Of a stretch of DNA of 34,285 nucleotides, positions 15,559 to 24,539 are shown in pieces. The stretch is from a virus (lineage: Duplodnaviria; Caudoviricetes), in IMG/VR virus record IMGVR_UViG_3300028586_000743, positions 1 to 34,285 of that record. One strand, written 5' to 3'. How positions within the stretch are numbered: position 1 is the stretch's first letter; each line of letters opens with the position of its first letter. The translations under genes and the position numbers were made by a program. A model generated the notes under the pieces. It was not told the DNA's origin. It was given only the letters and a program-made list of their open reading frames with translations, and made no database searches.

Positions 15559-17268
15559 CTACAGCTCCAGTTGATCGTTCGGTATGCCCACGCGGTACGT
15601 GCGCGCGGCTTCGGCCTTTTGCTCGTCGCGGTATTCGGCGGGCACGTCGCGCGGTTTCACCTTGAAGGTGCGCGGGTACTGCTCGCCGCCAACGGCTCCG
15701 GCCCAGTTGCCGGTGAAGCCCAGCCAATCCTCATCAAACGGTGGTGCACCTGGGCGCCCACCGAGGTAGGTGCCCAGCGGCTGCGCGCCGCCGGATGGGT
15801 CCGGCAGCGAGGTATCTGGGCTGGCTGGCACCTGCAGAGGGTCGCTCACGCCGCCGCCCGTCATCACCGCGATGCTCAGCGTGGTGATGGCGGTACCGGC
15901 GCCGAGGTCGATCATGTGCTGGATGCGCCGGCACTTGCCGGTTGCGCGGGCTTTGTCGTCGAGGCGCAGCGTGTGCACCAGGTCGATGGCCAGGGCCATG
16001 TCCGTAGGCACCTGCCAGCTCACTGTGGTGCCGCGGTTGGCTTCAACCAGCGTGGTGCTGCCGCGGTGCAGCAGGCATTCCAGCGCTGCCACGCGGCGGG
16101 CGTCGTCTGCCAGTTCCTCGCGGCGGCCTTGGCCGTTGGGTGCTTCGCTCTCCCAGTCTTCGGTGCGGCTGTTCTCCACCTCGAAGCTGGTTGAGTCGCG
16201 GCTGATCACGCGGGTGGCTTCTGCGTCGCCCAGCGGCGTGTACAGCGCCAGCTTGTAAGTCTCGGTGACGGTCTGCACCCAGCGCCGCCCGCCTGTTGCG
16301 GAAGCGCTGAGCCACAGGCCGGTTTCGCTGTTGATCCACGGCGTGCCGTCATTACAGGGGTCGGCCATGGTGAGCGGCAGCTGGAAGCCGCCAACCCGCC
16401 CGATGATCTGCATACCGGTGCCGGTGACCGCGCTTTCGATCATGTCCGTGCTGGGCAACTCGGTGCTCGGGTAACGCCACACGCAGAAGCCCTGCATGCC
16501 GCTCAGGCCACCCATGCCGGAGTGTGTCCAGCCGAACGACTGGTTGAGCTGCCACAAGCGTGCGTAACGGTAGTCGAGGGTGATCTCGACATAGTTCGTG
16601 GTACCGCCGTGGGCCTGCAGCTCAAGCTGCACGCTGCCGTCCAGCGTCTGGCCTGGGCCAAACACATAGTGCGGCAAGGCGGCGGCGTACCAGCTGGTCA
16701 CGCGCAGGTTGCCGGCGGCGTCGCAATCGAGGCTGGCGGGGCGTGTGCTCAGGCGTTCGCCGCCGTAGTCCCAGCGGCTGCGGCCTTCGACCGGCTCGAA
16801 CACATCCGCCGACCAGTAGCCGCCGCACAGCGCGTCGACCTGCTCAACGCTCAAGCCCTCGATGCGCTGCTGCAGCTGGTCGCTGCATTCGCAGGCGAGC
16901 ACGCGGGTGGTGGCGTCCCAGGTGGGCAGCTCGAGCAGGCCGGTGTACAGGCGCGCTTCGGTCACCACGCCGTAGCGATCGCGGCTGATGTAGTCGAGCG
17001 TCACGGCCTTGCCGATCCACTCATGCGGCAGCACCGGTTGCCCGGGCGCCAGGTACAGGCTGAAGCCCGCCACCGCGGCGGCGCCCTCTTCCCGGTCCAC
17101 GTCCAGCTGGCCGGTGAGAATGCTGGTCATGTCCAGCCCACCCACCAGCAACCGCACCCGCCACACATAGGAGGTGCCGTGCACGCGGTACTCCGGCTCA
17201 GGCTGCGGCGCCACCCCGGCCCGGAGCGTGTTCAGCGGCCCGCTGTTGAGCGGCGATCCGTTGATCAT
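15559..17268 (-). CDS. Tail tip/hub protein
   Basis: 569 aa, second gene after the tape measure, with strongly GC3-biased codons. Confidence 0.7.
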   Translation of the reverse strand: MINGSPLNSGPLNTLRAGVAPQPEPEYRVHGTSYVWRVRLLVGGLDMTSILTGQLDVDREEGAAAVAGFSLYLAPGQPVLPHEWIGKAVTLDYISRDRYGVVTEARLYTGLLELPTWDATTRVLACECSDQLQQRIEGLSVEQVDALCGGYWSADVFEPVEGRSRWDYGGERLSTRPASLDCDAAGNLRVTSWYAAALPHYVFGPGQTLDGSVQLELQAHGGTTNYVEITLDYRYARLWQLNQSFGWTHSGMGGLSGMQGFCVWRYPSTELPSTDMIESAVTGTGMQIIGRVGGFQLPLTMADPCNDGTPWINSETGLWLSASATGGRRWVQTVTETYKLALYTPLGDAEATRVISRDSTSFEVENSRTEDWESEAPNGQGRREELADDARRVAALECLLHRGSTTLVEANRGTTVSWQVPTDMALAIDLVHTLRLDDKARATGKCRRIQHMIDLGAGTAITTLSIAVMTGGGVSDPLQVPASPDTSLPDPSGGAQPLGTYLGGRPGAPPFDEDWLGFTGNWAGAVGGEQYPRTFKVKPRDVPAEYRDEQKAEAARTYRVGIPNDQLEL

Positions 17269-17270
17269 GT

Positions 17271-17798
17271 TCAGGCCTCTTCCCAGGTGATGGACCAGCT
17301 GTGGGTGTTATTGCTGCGGTTCTGCGATTCGCTCGGCCGGCGGCATAGCACCGAGAAGACGGGAAGCCAGCTCGCCATATAGCGCTCTGCACCCTGAACT
17401 GGCGGGATAGTCAGCACGCCCGCACCGTTGTCAGGGCCTGACACATAAGTGCTCGGCACCTCGACCCATTCATTGCCAACCAGCGCCAACCCCCACGGCG
17501 CGAAGTCCGGGCGGGGCGTGCTGTCGAGAACGAACGTAGGTCCCAGGCCTGACTGGTTGTGAACCTTGGTGCTGCGCAGTTCCAGCGGCAGGCTGTAATC
17601 CAGGCCGCATAGGCCCGGCGGCATCCATCCTGCCCCGGAGATACTCCCTGCCGAGCGGCTCCAGTGCAGCTGCTTGACCCCCGCCCCGCCGCTCATCCGC
17701 AACACACTTTCACCGCCGATAGGCTCGATGCTTTCTTCAGGCGCACCGGCGTGCAGCACAATCGGCACGCCGCCGAGCATGAGGGGTGGCAATGCCAT
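17271..17798 (-). CDS. Distal tail-like protein
   Basis: 175 aa, directly after the tape measure; ends WSITWEEA. Confidence 0.65.
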   Translation of the reverse strand: MALPPLMLGGVPIVLHAGAPEESIEPIGGESVLRMSGGAGVKQLHWSRSAGSISGAGWMPPGLCGLDYSLPLELRSTKVHNQSGLGPTFVLDSTPRPDFAPWGLALVGNEWVEVPSTYVSGPDNGAGVLTIPPVQGAERYMASWLPVFSVLCRRPSESQNRSNNTHSWSITWEEA

Positions 17799-17813
17799 AG
17801 GTGCAGCTCCAGA

Positions 17814-17840
17814 AATAAGAAGCCCGCCGGGTGGCGGGCT
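17814..17840 (-). terminator. Terminator-like hairpin after the tape measure
   Basis: AGCCCGCC-N4-GGCGGGCT followed by TCTTATTT. Confidence 0.65.
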
Positions 17841-17844
17841 GTTG

Positions 17845-20616
17845 TTACCGTGGGCGGCCGTGCTTCATGGCAAGGCGCCGCATGTTGGACTCTTGCGATT
17901 GAGGCACCATCACCGTCACCGACTCGCCACCGAAGTTGAAGTCGAACGACCCCATATGCTCAGGCCCGGCGGCGCGATCGAGCAGCGCCTGGCTGGGCTG
18001 CGGGATGGAAGGCAGCATGCGTGTCGGCGCAACCAGCCCACCCTCGGCGTAGCCAGGGAAACGACCCATGGTGTTTTTGAAGCCGTTGCGGCGCACCTGC
18101 TCCAGGAACGACAGCGCGCCCGGCTCGTTGACCACGCGCTTCGGCATTACGTGTTCATCCGCGTGCACCACGCCGGCGGGCTTGTACTTCGAGCCCGCAC
18201 CAGTCCAGCCGCCTTCAGCGAATCCTGGAGCCGGTGCGCCCCCATCTGGTGGCAGGGTTGGTGTGGCAGCGCTCACGGGAAGCACAACGCCCTTCCGCTG
18301 CAGCGAGTCGATCAAAGATTGGATCTGCGAGCGAACTGCTTCAATGCTGGCTTCGTCTACCGTCAGGCTGACCGGCATACCTTCCAGCTTCTTCGCTTCC
18401 GCCTGGAGCTCGGCCATCTTCTGCCGAATATCCGCAAGCTTCTGGTCGGCCTGCGATTGCTCGATGTCATTCGCGGCCAGCTCGACTCCCTGTAGCTCCT
18501 TGATGAAACCGGCGAACCCGTAGGTGTTTTCGCCTGCCGCTGCAAGGTCGGTAAGGATCTTAAGCGCCGCCTGGGCCTGGGCCTGGGCCGTACTGATATC
18601 GCCCCGCGCCAATGCCTGCTTCGCTGCGAGCTTCAAGTCCTGAGCATCGCCGAATGTCGAACCAGCGCCGCCAGACAGGCCGGCAAGCGCCTGCTGGTAA
18701 CGCTCCTCGATCTTCAGTCGATCTGCCTTGACCTTCTCCACATCCTTGAGAGCGGCCTTCTCTGCTGCAGCCTGCTTCTTCACGGCATCCGCAGCGGCCT
18801 TGACTCCAGCATCTCTAAGCTTCCCAAGTTCAGCCAATTCCTGGCGCTTCGCGGCAGTCTTCTCGTCGGCCGCTTTTTTCTGCTCGGCGAGTGCTTGATC
18901 CTCCAGCTCTTTCTGTTTGCGCTGCTGTTCCTGCTGAGCCTTGTAAGCCTCCAGCGATAATCCGTTCAGGTTTGCACCGAACTGAGCTATCTGATCTTCC
19001 AGCTCCTTTTTCCAGGCCTGCAGGCCTTCGGGATCGAAGTACTTCATCAACTGGGAAGTTGTGCTCGAACCCAGGAAACTGTCACCTGTTATGGCGTTGT
19101 TGACCTCTTTAAGCGTTTTCTCAAGCTTCGTCAGCTTATCGACGTTGCCGGTCGCCTTGGCTGCGGCGTATCCGATCTCATCGCCCAAGGTTACGAAACC
19201 GCTGCCCGCCTGCACCGCGGCACCAGCCAGCTGGATCATCGCAGAAGCAATCTTGACGAGATTTTCAACAATCAGCGGGTCGCCCACTACCTTAGTAAGC
19301 TCCTCGATCGACTCTACGAGGGGCGTCATGTCCGCCTGGCTAATCGCTGACTCCCAGGCGTTGTTCAGGCGTGTAAGTGCATCACCGACAGTGATGTTCA
19401 TGTTATCCACGGCTTTGCCCAGGTTATCCAGCTGGGAAATCAGCGCAGGCACCCATACGTCGGTGGTGAGTTGGCCCTCAGTTGCCATCTTAGCCAGCTC
19501 TTCACGTGTCTTGCCCAGCGCAGCACTAAGCGCATCCGCGATCGCAGGAGTGTTTCGAAGCATCGACTGGAACGCATCACCTTGAAGTTTTCCATCAGCA
19601 AGTGCGTTGCTGAACTGCTGCATGACAGATGCAGCACGCTCTCCTTTTGCAGCGCTAGCGACCATGCCAAGGCCAACTGCTTCAACAAAACTCAATACTT
19701 CTGGGTTGCTGAAGCCCCGCTCGCGCAACGGCGAAAGTGAGTTGATGAAGGTTTCGGAGTTGGCTTTCATGTCAGTGAAGGTGCGATCGCTAATTGCGCG
19801 CAAACGCTCCATACCGTTCTCGTACTCGGCCTGGCTTCCAGTCGCGAGCTTGATGCGGTCTGATAGTTCGGTCCAACTATCGGCAATACGTACAACGCCC
19901 TGAAGCGCTCTGACAGCTGCGTAAGCGCCGCCGGCCTGAGCAATTAGAGACGTCGCACCGGCACCTGCCGCCGATCGGCCCTGTAAACCATTCAACTCGC
20001 GCAACGCCAGCTGCTGTTCACGGATGCGCTGGGTCATGGTGCGGTGAGCGATGCTTAGCTCGTTTGCGGTGAGTCGGCCGCTGCCCTTGAGTAGTTCGTA
20101 CTGCTGGCGAACCCGACCGATCTCCGACTGCAAGCGCCGATACTGCGACACGCCAAGGTCACCCATCGCGCTGGTGATGGCCCCTTCCGCCCGGACACCG
20201 CCGGTTGCCTGGGCCATCTCGCCGCGGAGCCGGCGCTGTTCAGCGGCGAGGTTTCTCACATCCACACCAGCAGCTTGCAGCTCTCGGCGGCGCTTTACGA
20301 TCCCCTGTCGAGCCGCGTCTTCGGCGCGCTCCATCCGGTTGAGCTCGTTCACCGCCTCTTTATAGGTGGCGTTCAGCTCCCTGCTGGGCGAAGCGGTGCG
20401 GGCAAGCTCGTTACCCAGGTCACGCACACGATCTCGGGCGGCGACAGTCTTTCGGCCAGTTTCCTCAAGCGTCTTCTCCAGATCCCGCAGCCCATTCACC
20501 TGGCGCAGCGGCTTCTCGATGGTACGCACCATCTCCTCGAACTTGCGGCGAAAGCCAGCAACGCCCTTCGAAGCACCGGCATCATCAAAGTTTAGCCGCA
20601 GCTCTACGTCAGCCAT
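17845..20616 (-). CDS. Tail tape measure protein
   Basis: 923 aa, Ala-rich and helical, with a tape_meas domain (QFSNALADGKLQGDAFQSM) and C-terminal GFAEGGWTG...PAGVVH. Confidence 0.95.
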   Translation of the reverse strand: MADVELRLNFDDAGASKGVAGFRRKFEEMVRTIEKPLRQVNGLRDLEKTLEETGRKTVAARDRVRDLGNELARTASPSRELNATYKEAVNELNRMERAEDAARQGIVKRRRELQAAGVDVRNLAAEQRRLRGEMAQATGGVRAEGAITSAMGDLGVSQYRRLQSEIGRVRQQYELLKGSGRLTANELSIAHRTMTQRIREQQLALRELNGLQGRSAAGAGATSLIAQAGGAYAAVRALQGVVRIADSWTELSDRIKLATGSQAEYENGMERLRAISDRTFTDMKANSETFINSLSPLRERGFSNPEVLSFVEAVGLGMVASAAKGERAASVMQQFSNALADGKLQGDAFQSMLRNTPAIADALSAALGKTREELAKMATEGQLTTDVWVPALISQLDNLGKAVDNMNITVGDALTRLNNAWESAISQADMTPLVESIEELTKVVGDPLIVENLVKIASAMIQLAGAAVQAGSGFVTLGDEIGYAAAKATGNVDKLTKLEKTLKEVNNAITGDSFLGSSTTSQLMKYFDPEGLQAWKKELEDQIAQFGANLNGLSLEAYKAQQEQQRKQKELEDQALAEQKKAADEKTAAKRQELAELGKLRDAGVKAAADAVKKQAAAEKAALKDVEKVKADRLKIEERYQQALAGLSGGAGSTFGDAQDLKLAAKQALARGDISTAQAQAQAALKILTDLAAAGENTYGFAGFIKELQGVELAANDIEQSQADQKLADIRQKMAELQAEAKKLEGMPVSLTVDEASIEAVRSQIQSLIDSLQRKGVVLPVSAATPTLPPDGGAPAPGFAEGGWTGAGSKYKPAGVVHADEHVMPKRVVNEPGALSFLEQVRRNGFKNTMGRFPGYAEGGLVAPTRMLPSIPQPSQALLDRAAGPEHMGSFDFNFGGESVTVMVPQSQESNMRRLAMKHGRPR

Positions 20617-20619
20617 ACA

Positions 20620-20766
20620 TCACCCCTTCAGCGCACGCACATACAGCGACCATGGATAATCAAGAGCGCGGGAGTGGCCCAGCACTATCATCTTGCTGAG
20701 AACACTGTCGAACTCAGCGATGGCGGCCTTTAGGTCTTGGTGACCTTGGCCAGCATGGCGAAAAAA
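20620..20766 (-). CDS. -1 frameshift extension of the tail assembly chaperone (gpGT-like)
   Basis: Slippery T TTT TTC at 20766-20760. The -1 frame reads ...LGHSRALDYPWSLYVRALKG* and stops 3 bp before the tape measure start. Confidence 0.8.
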   Translation of the reverse strand, partial: FFRHAGQGHQDLKAAIAEFDSVLSKMIVLGHSRALDYPWSLYVRALKG

Positions 20767-21017
20767 TGAGGGTTTACCTCCTTACAGGCCGCCACCACCT
20801 CATGCAGGTCACTTGGCCGCATCTCGCCGATCTCTTCAACATTCAGGCTGGTGAATACAGGTAGGTCCGAGAGACGAATGTCAAAAAGAACCTCGTCGAC
20901 AAGGTTTCCGGTTCCCTCCGTTTGCAACAGCTTGCGGACGTTCCCGACGGTCAGTTCGCGCACGGTGATTTCCTTGCCACCGACACCAATGGTCTTTGTT
21001 TTCCCGATGCTGCTCAT
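20730..21017 (-). CDS. Tail assembly chaperone (gpG-like)
   Basis: Pattern ITVRELTV..VR...PSDL..V...CKEVNPHFF, upstream of the tape measure. GGAGG RBS. Confidence 0.85.
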   Translation of the reverse strand: MSSIGKTKTIGVGGKEITVRELTVGNVRKLLQTEGTGNLVDEVLFDIRLSDLPVFTSLNVEEIGEMRPSDLHEVVAACKEVNPHFFAMLAKVTKT

Positions 21018-21033
21018 ACTTTCCTCCCGGCAT

Positions 21034-21058
21034 AAAAAAACCCGCCGCAGCGGGTTTT
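21034..21058 (-). terminator. Terminator of the DUF4124-like moron
   Basis: AAAACCCGC-N4-GCGGGTTTT with a T7 run on the minus strand. Confidence 0.85.
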
Positions 21059-21070
21059 AGATTCGATTTC

Positions 21071-21556
21071 TCAGTCGTGAATTGAGGTCAGCTTTCCATT
21101 CGTGATTATCAACCTGACTGTCTTTGCCCCTTCGCAGGGGAACGACCAATGCTCTCTGACTGATGATTTAGTCGTTGTAGTAGAAACATCAGCGGGGAGA
21201 CTCCATAACTCGCTCTGCATTAAATCAAGCTTGGGCATTCCAATTGACAAACCTCGGTGCCGTTCACGAGCAATACAGGAAGCCATTTCTTTAGTCTTCT
21301 GCTCAAAGTTCTTGCGCCGAATCTCGGCGAGCTCCTTATCCAGAATCTCGCCCCTAACCCGGTACTGCTCCATCTTTTCCGCATGCTCGCGATTAAGTTT
21401 CTCTAAATACGTTTCTGGATGCTGGTAGCGAATCACTTCGCCCTGGCATTCCTTATCCGAAAATACGGTGGTCCCGTTAGGGCCTGGGCACTTGTAGATT
21501 GTTGATGCAGCTACAGCCTGAGACGACACCAACAAAAAGACGACCGTAAAACGCAT
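21071..21556 (-). CDS. Exported DUF4124-like moron protein
   Basis: Signal peptide, IYKC.GPNG.TVFSDK.C, a coiled coil and a C-terminal IGM...P.......T....EHW beta-module. AT-rich. Confidence 0.78.
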   Translation of the reverse strand: MRFTVVFLLVSSQAVAASTIYKCPGPNGTTVFSDKECQGEVIRYQHPETYLEKLNREHAEKMEQYRVRGEILDKELAEIRRKNFEQKTKEMASCIARERHRGLSIGMPKLDLMQSELWSLPADVSTTTTKSSVREHWSFPCEGAKTVRLIITNGKLTSIHD

Positions 21557-21598
21557 ATGGCTTCCCTCCCATTCAATGGGCGGAATCTACCATCAAGG

Positions 21599-21614
21599 CT
21601 GTATGAAAGCCCAG
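21599..21614. promoter_or_regulatory. LexA-box-like site between the divergent morons
   Basis: CTGTATGAAAGCCCAG is CTG-N10-CAG. It lies just upstream of an extended -10 (TG-G-TAGATT) on the minus strand. Confidence 0.5.
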
Positions 21615-21671
21615 CTAGCTGCCTGGAATCATCGGGAGTAGGTTTGCCGAACCTTAAGCCAAGGAGCGGCC

Positions 21672-22283
21672 ATGAACAGCCCGTCCGACACTATCGCAAA
21701 ACTGACAATCGTTTATGAAGACTCGAACGGTGATATCAGCCAGCGAGGCATATCCGTCACCGAGTTCAACAGCGAGTACATCACCGGGCTTTGCCACCTG
21801 AGACAACGAGAGCGAACGTTCTCAATTGAACGTATCGTTTCTTGCGTTGACGTGGACACTGGCGAAGTGGCAAACGATGTTTTGGCCCACCTGAGTGCCA
21901 GGTACTCAAGATCCCCCCAGCGCTCGGCAGATGTTCTCTATCAGAACCACTACGAAGCGTTGCAGGTTCTCGTGTATGTTGCCCGCGCTGACGGTCAGCT
22001 CAGGGAGGCTGAGCGCAACGTCATTACTGCAGCCTGCAAGGTAATAACTGGCGACGCGCGCATTACTGACCAACAAGCCAAAGAACTGATTGATCAGGTA
22101 GGACACCCCAGCCTTCATTCCTTCAAAATCGCAGTGGGCAAGGTGCTTAAGCGCGGAAATGAAACCACGATGAAACGCCTGCTCATCGCCTGCCGAACCA
22201 TCGTCGCCACGCAGAAGAACATCACTGCTACCGAGAAAGAAGCGTTGGACTATATGGCCAAGCGATTCCCGCTTTCCGCCTGA
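21672..22283 (+). CDS. WYL-like plus TerB-like fusion protein (antisense moron)
   Basis: WYL-like I.YED.NG.IS.R.I...GLCHLRQ.ERTF.IERI; TerB-like LVYVARADGQL.EAE..VI and ...EKEALD. AAGGAG RBS. Confidence 0.8.
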   Translation: MNSPSDTIAKLTIVYEDSNGDISQRGISVTEFNSEYITGLCHLRQRERTFSIERIVSCVDVDTGEVANDVLAHLSARYSRSPQRSADVLYQNHYEALQVLVYVARADGQLREAERNVITAACKVITGDARITDQQAKELIDQVGHPSLHSFKIAVGKVLKRGNETTMKRLLIACRTIVATQKNITATEKEALDYMAKRFPLSA

Positions 22284-22313
22284 TCAGATCGAGCCATCCT
22301 TGGCCCTGGCCGC

Positions 22314-23117
22314 TTACGCAGCGGCCGGCAGTTCCTTCTTGATGCGGAAGTACTTCGAGGTACCGGCGCCCACCTTGGTGTCGTCGCGGAGCACCTTGGC
22401 GGTTGCTTCGAAGGCGCCGAAGTCTTCCGTGTTGATCCAGTCCATGGTGGTGGCCAGGTTCAGGCGACACATGAAGAATCGCGCCTCAACGCGTTTCTGG
22501 GTGCCGGCTGCGTTCTCGCCCTCGAACAGGAACTCGAAGGTTTTGCCACTGTTGGTCAGGGCTTCGATCACATCGACGGCGGCGCTGCTGTAGTCGACCG
22601 CCACCAGGTACGGCGTACCCGGCGTGGCGGTTTCCGCGGCGATAATGGCCGCCTCCAGCGCGCCACCGGCTACAACCTCGATGCCCGAGCCGGTCATGAT
22701 CCAGTCATCGAACTCTTCGAACTCGGTGGTGCCCGTCGCGCCGCTCACCACGTTGGTCACTGATGCAATGGCCAGCGGCATGTGGTCAAGGGCAATGGTG
22801 CCGTCTACGCCTGCACGCTTGATCTCGGCGGTGTGGGTGGAGGCCGGCACGGTGGTGGCATCACCCCACACCAGCGCACTGAGCACCCAGGTGAAGATCT
22901 CGCGGAAGTTGATGGCGAGGCCCATGGAGGTCACGCGGTCGAGGGAGTCGTATTCACCGCCCTGCGGGGTGGTGGTGTCGCCCAGGGTCAGCGAGTTGGT
23001 TTCGGTGGTGTGCTGGATGGTCGACACCAGGCCGACCTTCTGGAACGGCAAGCCGCTGCCGTATTCACGCGCTTTGAGGTGACCACCGATCACCACGGTT
23101 TCTTTGCGGATCGCCAT
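22314..23117 (-). CDS. Major tail tube protein
   Basis: 267 aa between the tail terminator and the chaperone; motifs GGEYDSLDRV and FLFEGENAA. Confidence 0.85.
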   Translation of the reverse strand: MAIRKETVVIGGHLKAREYGSGLPFQKVGLVSTIQHTTETNSLTLGDTTTPQGGEYDSLDRVTSMGLAINFREIFTWVLSALVWGDATTVPASTHTAEIKRAGVDGTIALDHMPLAIASVTNVVSGATGTTEFEEFDDWIMTGSGIEVVAGGALEAAIIAAETATPGTPYLVAVDYSSAAVDVIEALTNSGKTFEFLFEGENAAGTQKRVEARFFMCRLNLATTMDWINTEDFGAFEATAKVLRDDTKVGAGTSKYFRIKKELPAAA

Positions 23118-23120
23118 GTC

Positions 23121-23324
23121 CTACTTCTCCTGCTTGGCTTCAGTAGCAACCACGCCTGCGAGTTGCAGGAAGGCCTTCTGACGCGCGGTGACTTTGATGG
23201 TGTCCTTGGCGGCGTACTGCTTGCCGTCGTGGGTGTGCGCCTTCACGAGTGTTACCTCGGTGGTCGGCGCTTTTTTCGGCTCAGCCGACTCCGCTGCCTT
23301 GCCGGCAGGTGCGTTGGTTTCCAT
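23121..23324 (-). CDS. Small virion morphogenesis protein
   Basis: Pattern VTLVKAHTHDGKQY...D.I.V. Start ATG at 23324. Confidence 0.7.
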   Translation of the reverse strand: METNAPAGKAAESAEPKKAPTTEVTLVKAHTHDGKQYAAKDTIKVTARQKAFLQLAGVVATEAKQEK

Positions 23325-23328
23325 GGGC

Positions 23329-23796
23329 TTACCTTTCGATAACGGTGTGCAGGTGCACGGGGATGAGAACGGTGGCGGCTCTCTCGCCATTGCCAGGCGG
23401 GAACTGCTCGGGCGCGCCGACTGTGATGCGGGTGATGCCACTGCGGAACGGCAGCCAGGCCGCGGGCTGGCCCTCGGAGGTGATCAGCGCCCGCTGAAGG
23501 TCGACCTGCAGGTCATCGAGCGAGTCTTCGTAGTTGTCCAACCCCACGTCGACGGCGCCGATGACATAGAAGCCCACCTGGCTGATGTGCCCATCAGGCC
23601 CGCGCTTGGGCGGCAGATCCTTGGCCTTCTGCACGACGATGATGGGAAAGCCCACCTCATCGCTCGACATCACCTCGTTGAACCAGCCCGTTTTCACGTT
23701 CTGGCCCGCGTTGGTGATGTGGCCGTTGCCCACCGTGACCGACATGAGGTGCTGCACCAGGGCCTTGCGGCCCAGGCTCAGGGGGTTGGTGATCAT
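23329..23796 (-). CDS. Tail terminator-like protein
   Basis: Pattern GNGH.TN.G..V..GW; position before the tube gene. Confidence 0.7.
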   Translation of the reverse strand: MITNPLSLGRKALVQHLMSVTVGNGHITNAGQNVKTGWFNEVMSSDEVGFPIIVVQKAKDLPPKRGPDGHISQVGFYVIGAVDVGLDNYEDSLDDLQVDLQRALITSEGQPAAWLPFRSGITRITVGAPEQFPPGNGERAATVLIPVHLHTVIER

Positions 23797-24113
23797 GGCT
23801 TTTGCTCCATGCAGGCGGCGACGATCCAAGTGCCGTCGTCGGAGATGGTGTCTTCGACGAGGTAGCGTTTGCCCGGCGTGACGAAAACGCCGCCGCGCTG
23901 CACGCTGCCCAGCTGCTCGGTGCGGAAGCTGATGCCGATTGCATCACTGCGCCAGAGGCCTTCCGGCCCGTTCTGCACCAGGTTGTGATCGATGATCACA
24001 TCGATGCAGTTCACTGGCGCGGCGTTGGTGGGCGGGATGTATTGGGCGGTGCCGTCCTTCAGGGTTGCGACTACACGCTTTTGCATGCGGTCGCGCATGG
24101 CTGCCCAGCTCAT
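23793..24113 (-). CDS. Head-tail joining protein (gpFII-like)
   Basis: 106-aa beta-rich protein ending ISDDGTW; position after the capsid cement gene. Confidence 0.7.
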   Translation of the reverse strand: MSWAAMRDRMQKRVVATLKDGTAQYIPPTNAAPVNCIDVIIDHNLVQNGPEGLWRSDAIGISFRTEQLGSVQRGGVFVTPGKRYLVEDTISDDGTWIVAACMEQKP

Positions 24114-24116
24114 GGC

Positions 24117-24467
24117 TTAGGCCGTGACCGGGTGGCCGAAGGTGCCATTGAGGCGCACGCGGCCAACTGCGGATGGGTTGGCGGCCACGGCCACTGCAAC
24201 GCCGAGCAGGTAGTTACCAGTGCCCGGCACGTTGGTGGCCAGGCCACTGCCACTGATCATGTAGATGGGCTGGCCGATCTCCCACGCCTGGGCGCTGGTT
24301 TTCGGCACCTCGAATACGCCGGTGGTTTTGAGTTCGCACTCTTCGCCCACGGCCGCATTACTGGCGGCTACGCCGATGAGGCTGTTGACGCGCACCAGTT
24401 GGCCGGAGGTGATGGCCACCAGCGCGATGATGGTGATCATGTCGCCATGCTGTTTGAAGTTCTTCAC
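24117..24467 (-). CDS. DUF2190 family capsid cement protein
   Basis: Pattern KNFKQHGD.IT...SG.LV...GVA...GVFEVPK...VRLNG. GTG start with a GAGGG RBS. Confidence 0.85.
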   Translation of the reverse strand: MKNFKQHGDMITIIALVAITSGQLVRVNSLIGVAASNAAVGEECELKTTGVFEVPKTSAQAWEIGQPIYMISGSGLATNVPGTGNYLLGVAVAVAANPSAVGRVRLNGTFGHPVTA

Positions 24468-24493
24468 GGTGATTCCCTCGAAGCTGAAAGGCG

Positions 24494-24522
24494 GAAACAA
24501 CAAGGGCGCCGAGTGGCGCCCT
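24494..24522 (-). terminator. Hairpin after the capsid gene
   Basis: AGGGCGCC-N4-GGCGCCCT followed by TGTTGTTT. Confidence 0.55.
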
Positions 24523-24539
24523 ATGCGGTGGTGGCTGGG

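Noticed and set aside
9286-23117. F-type pyocin/tailocin
   Set aside because: Head, portal, terminase, cos-like and att features are all present, so this is a prophage.
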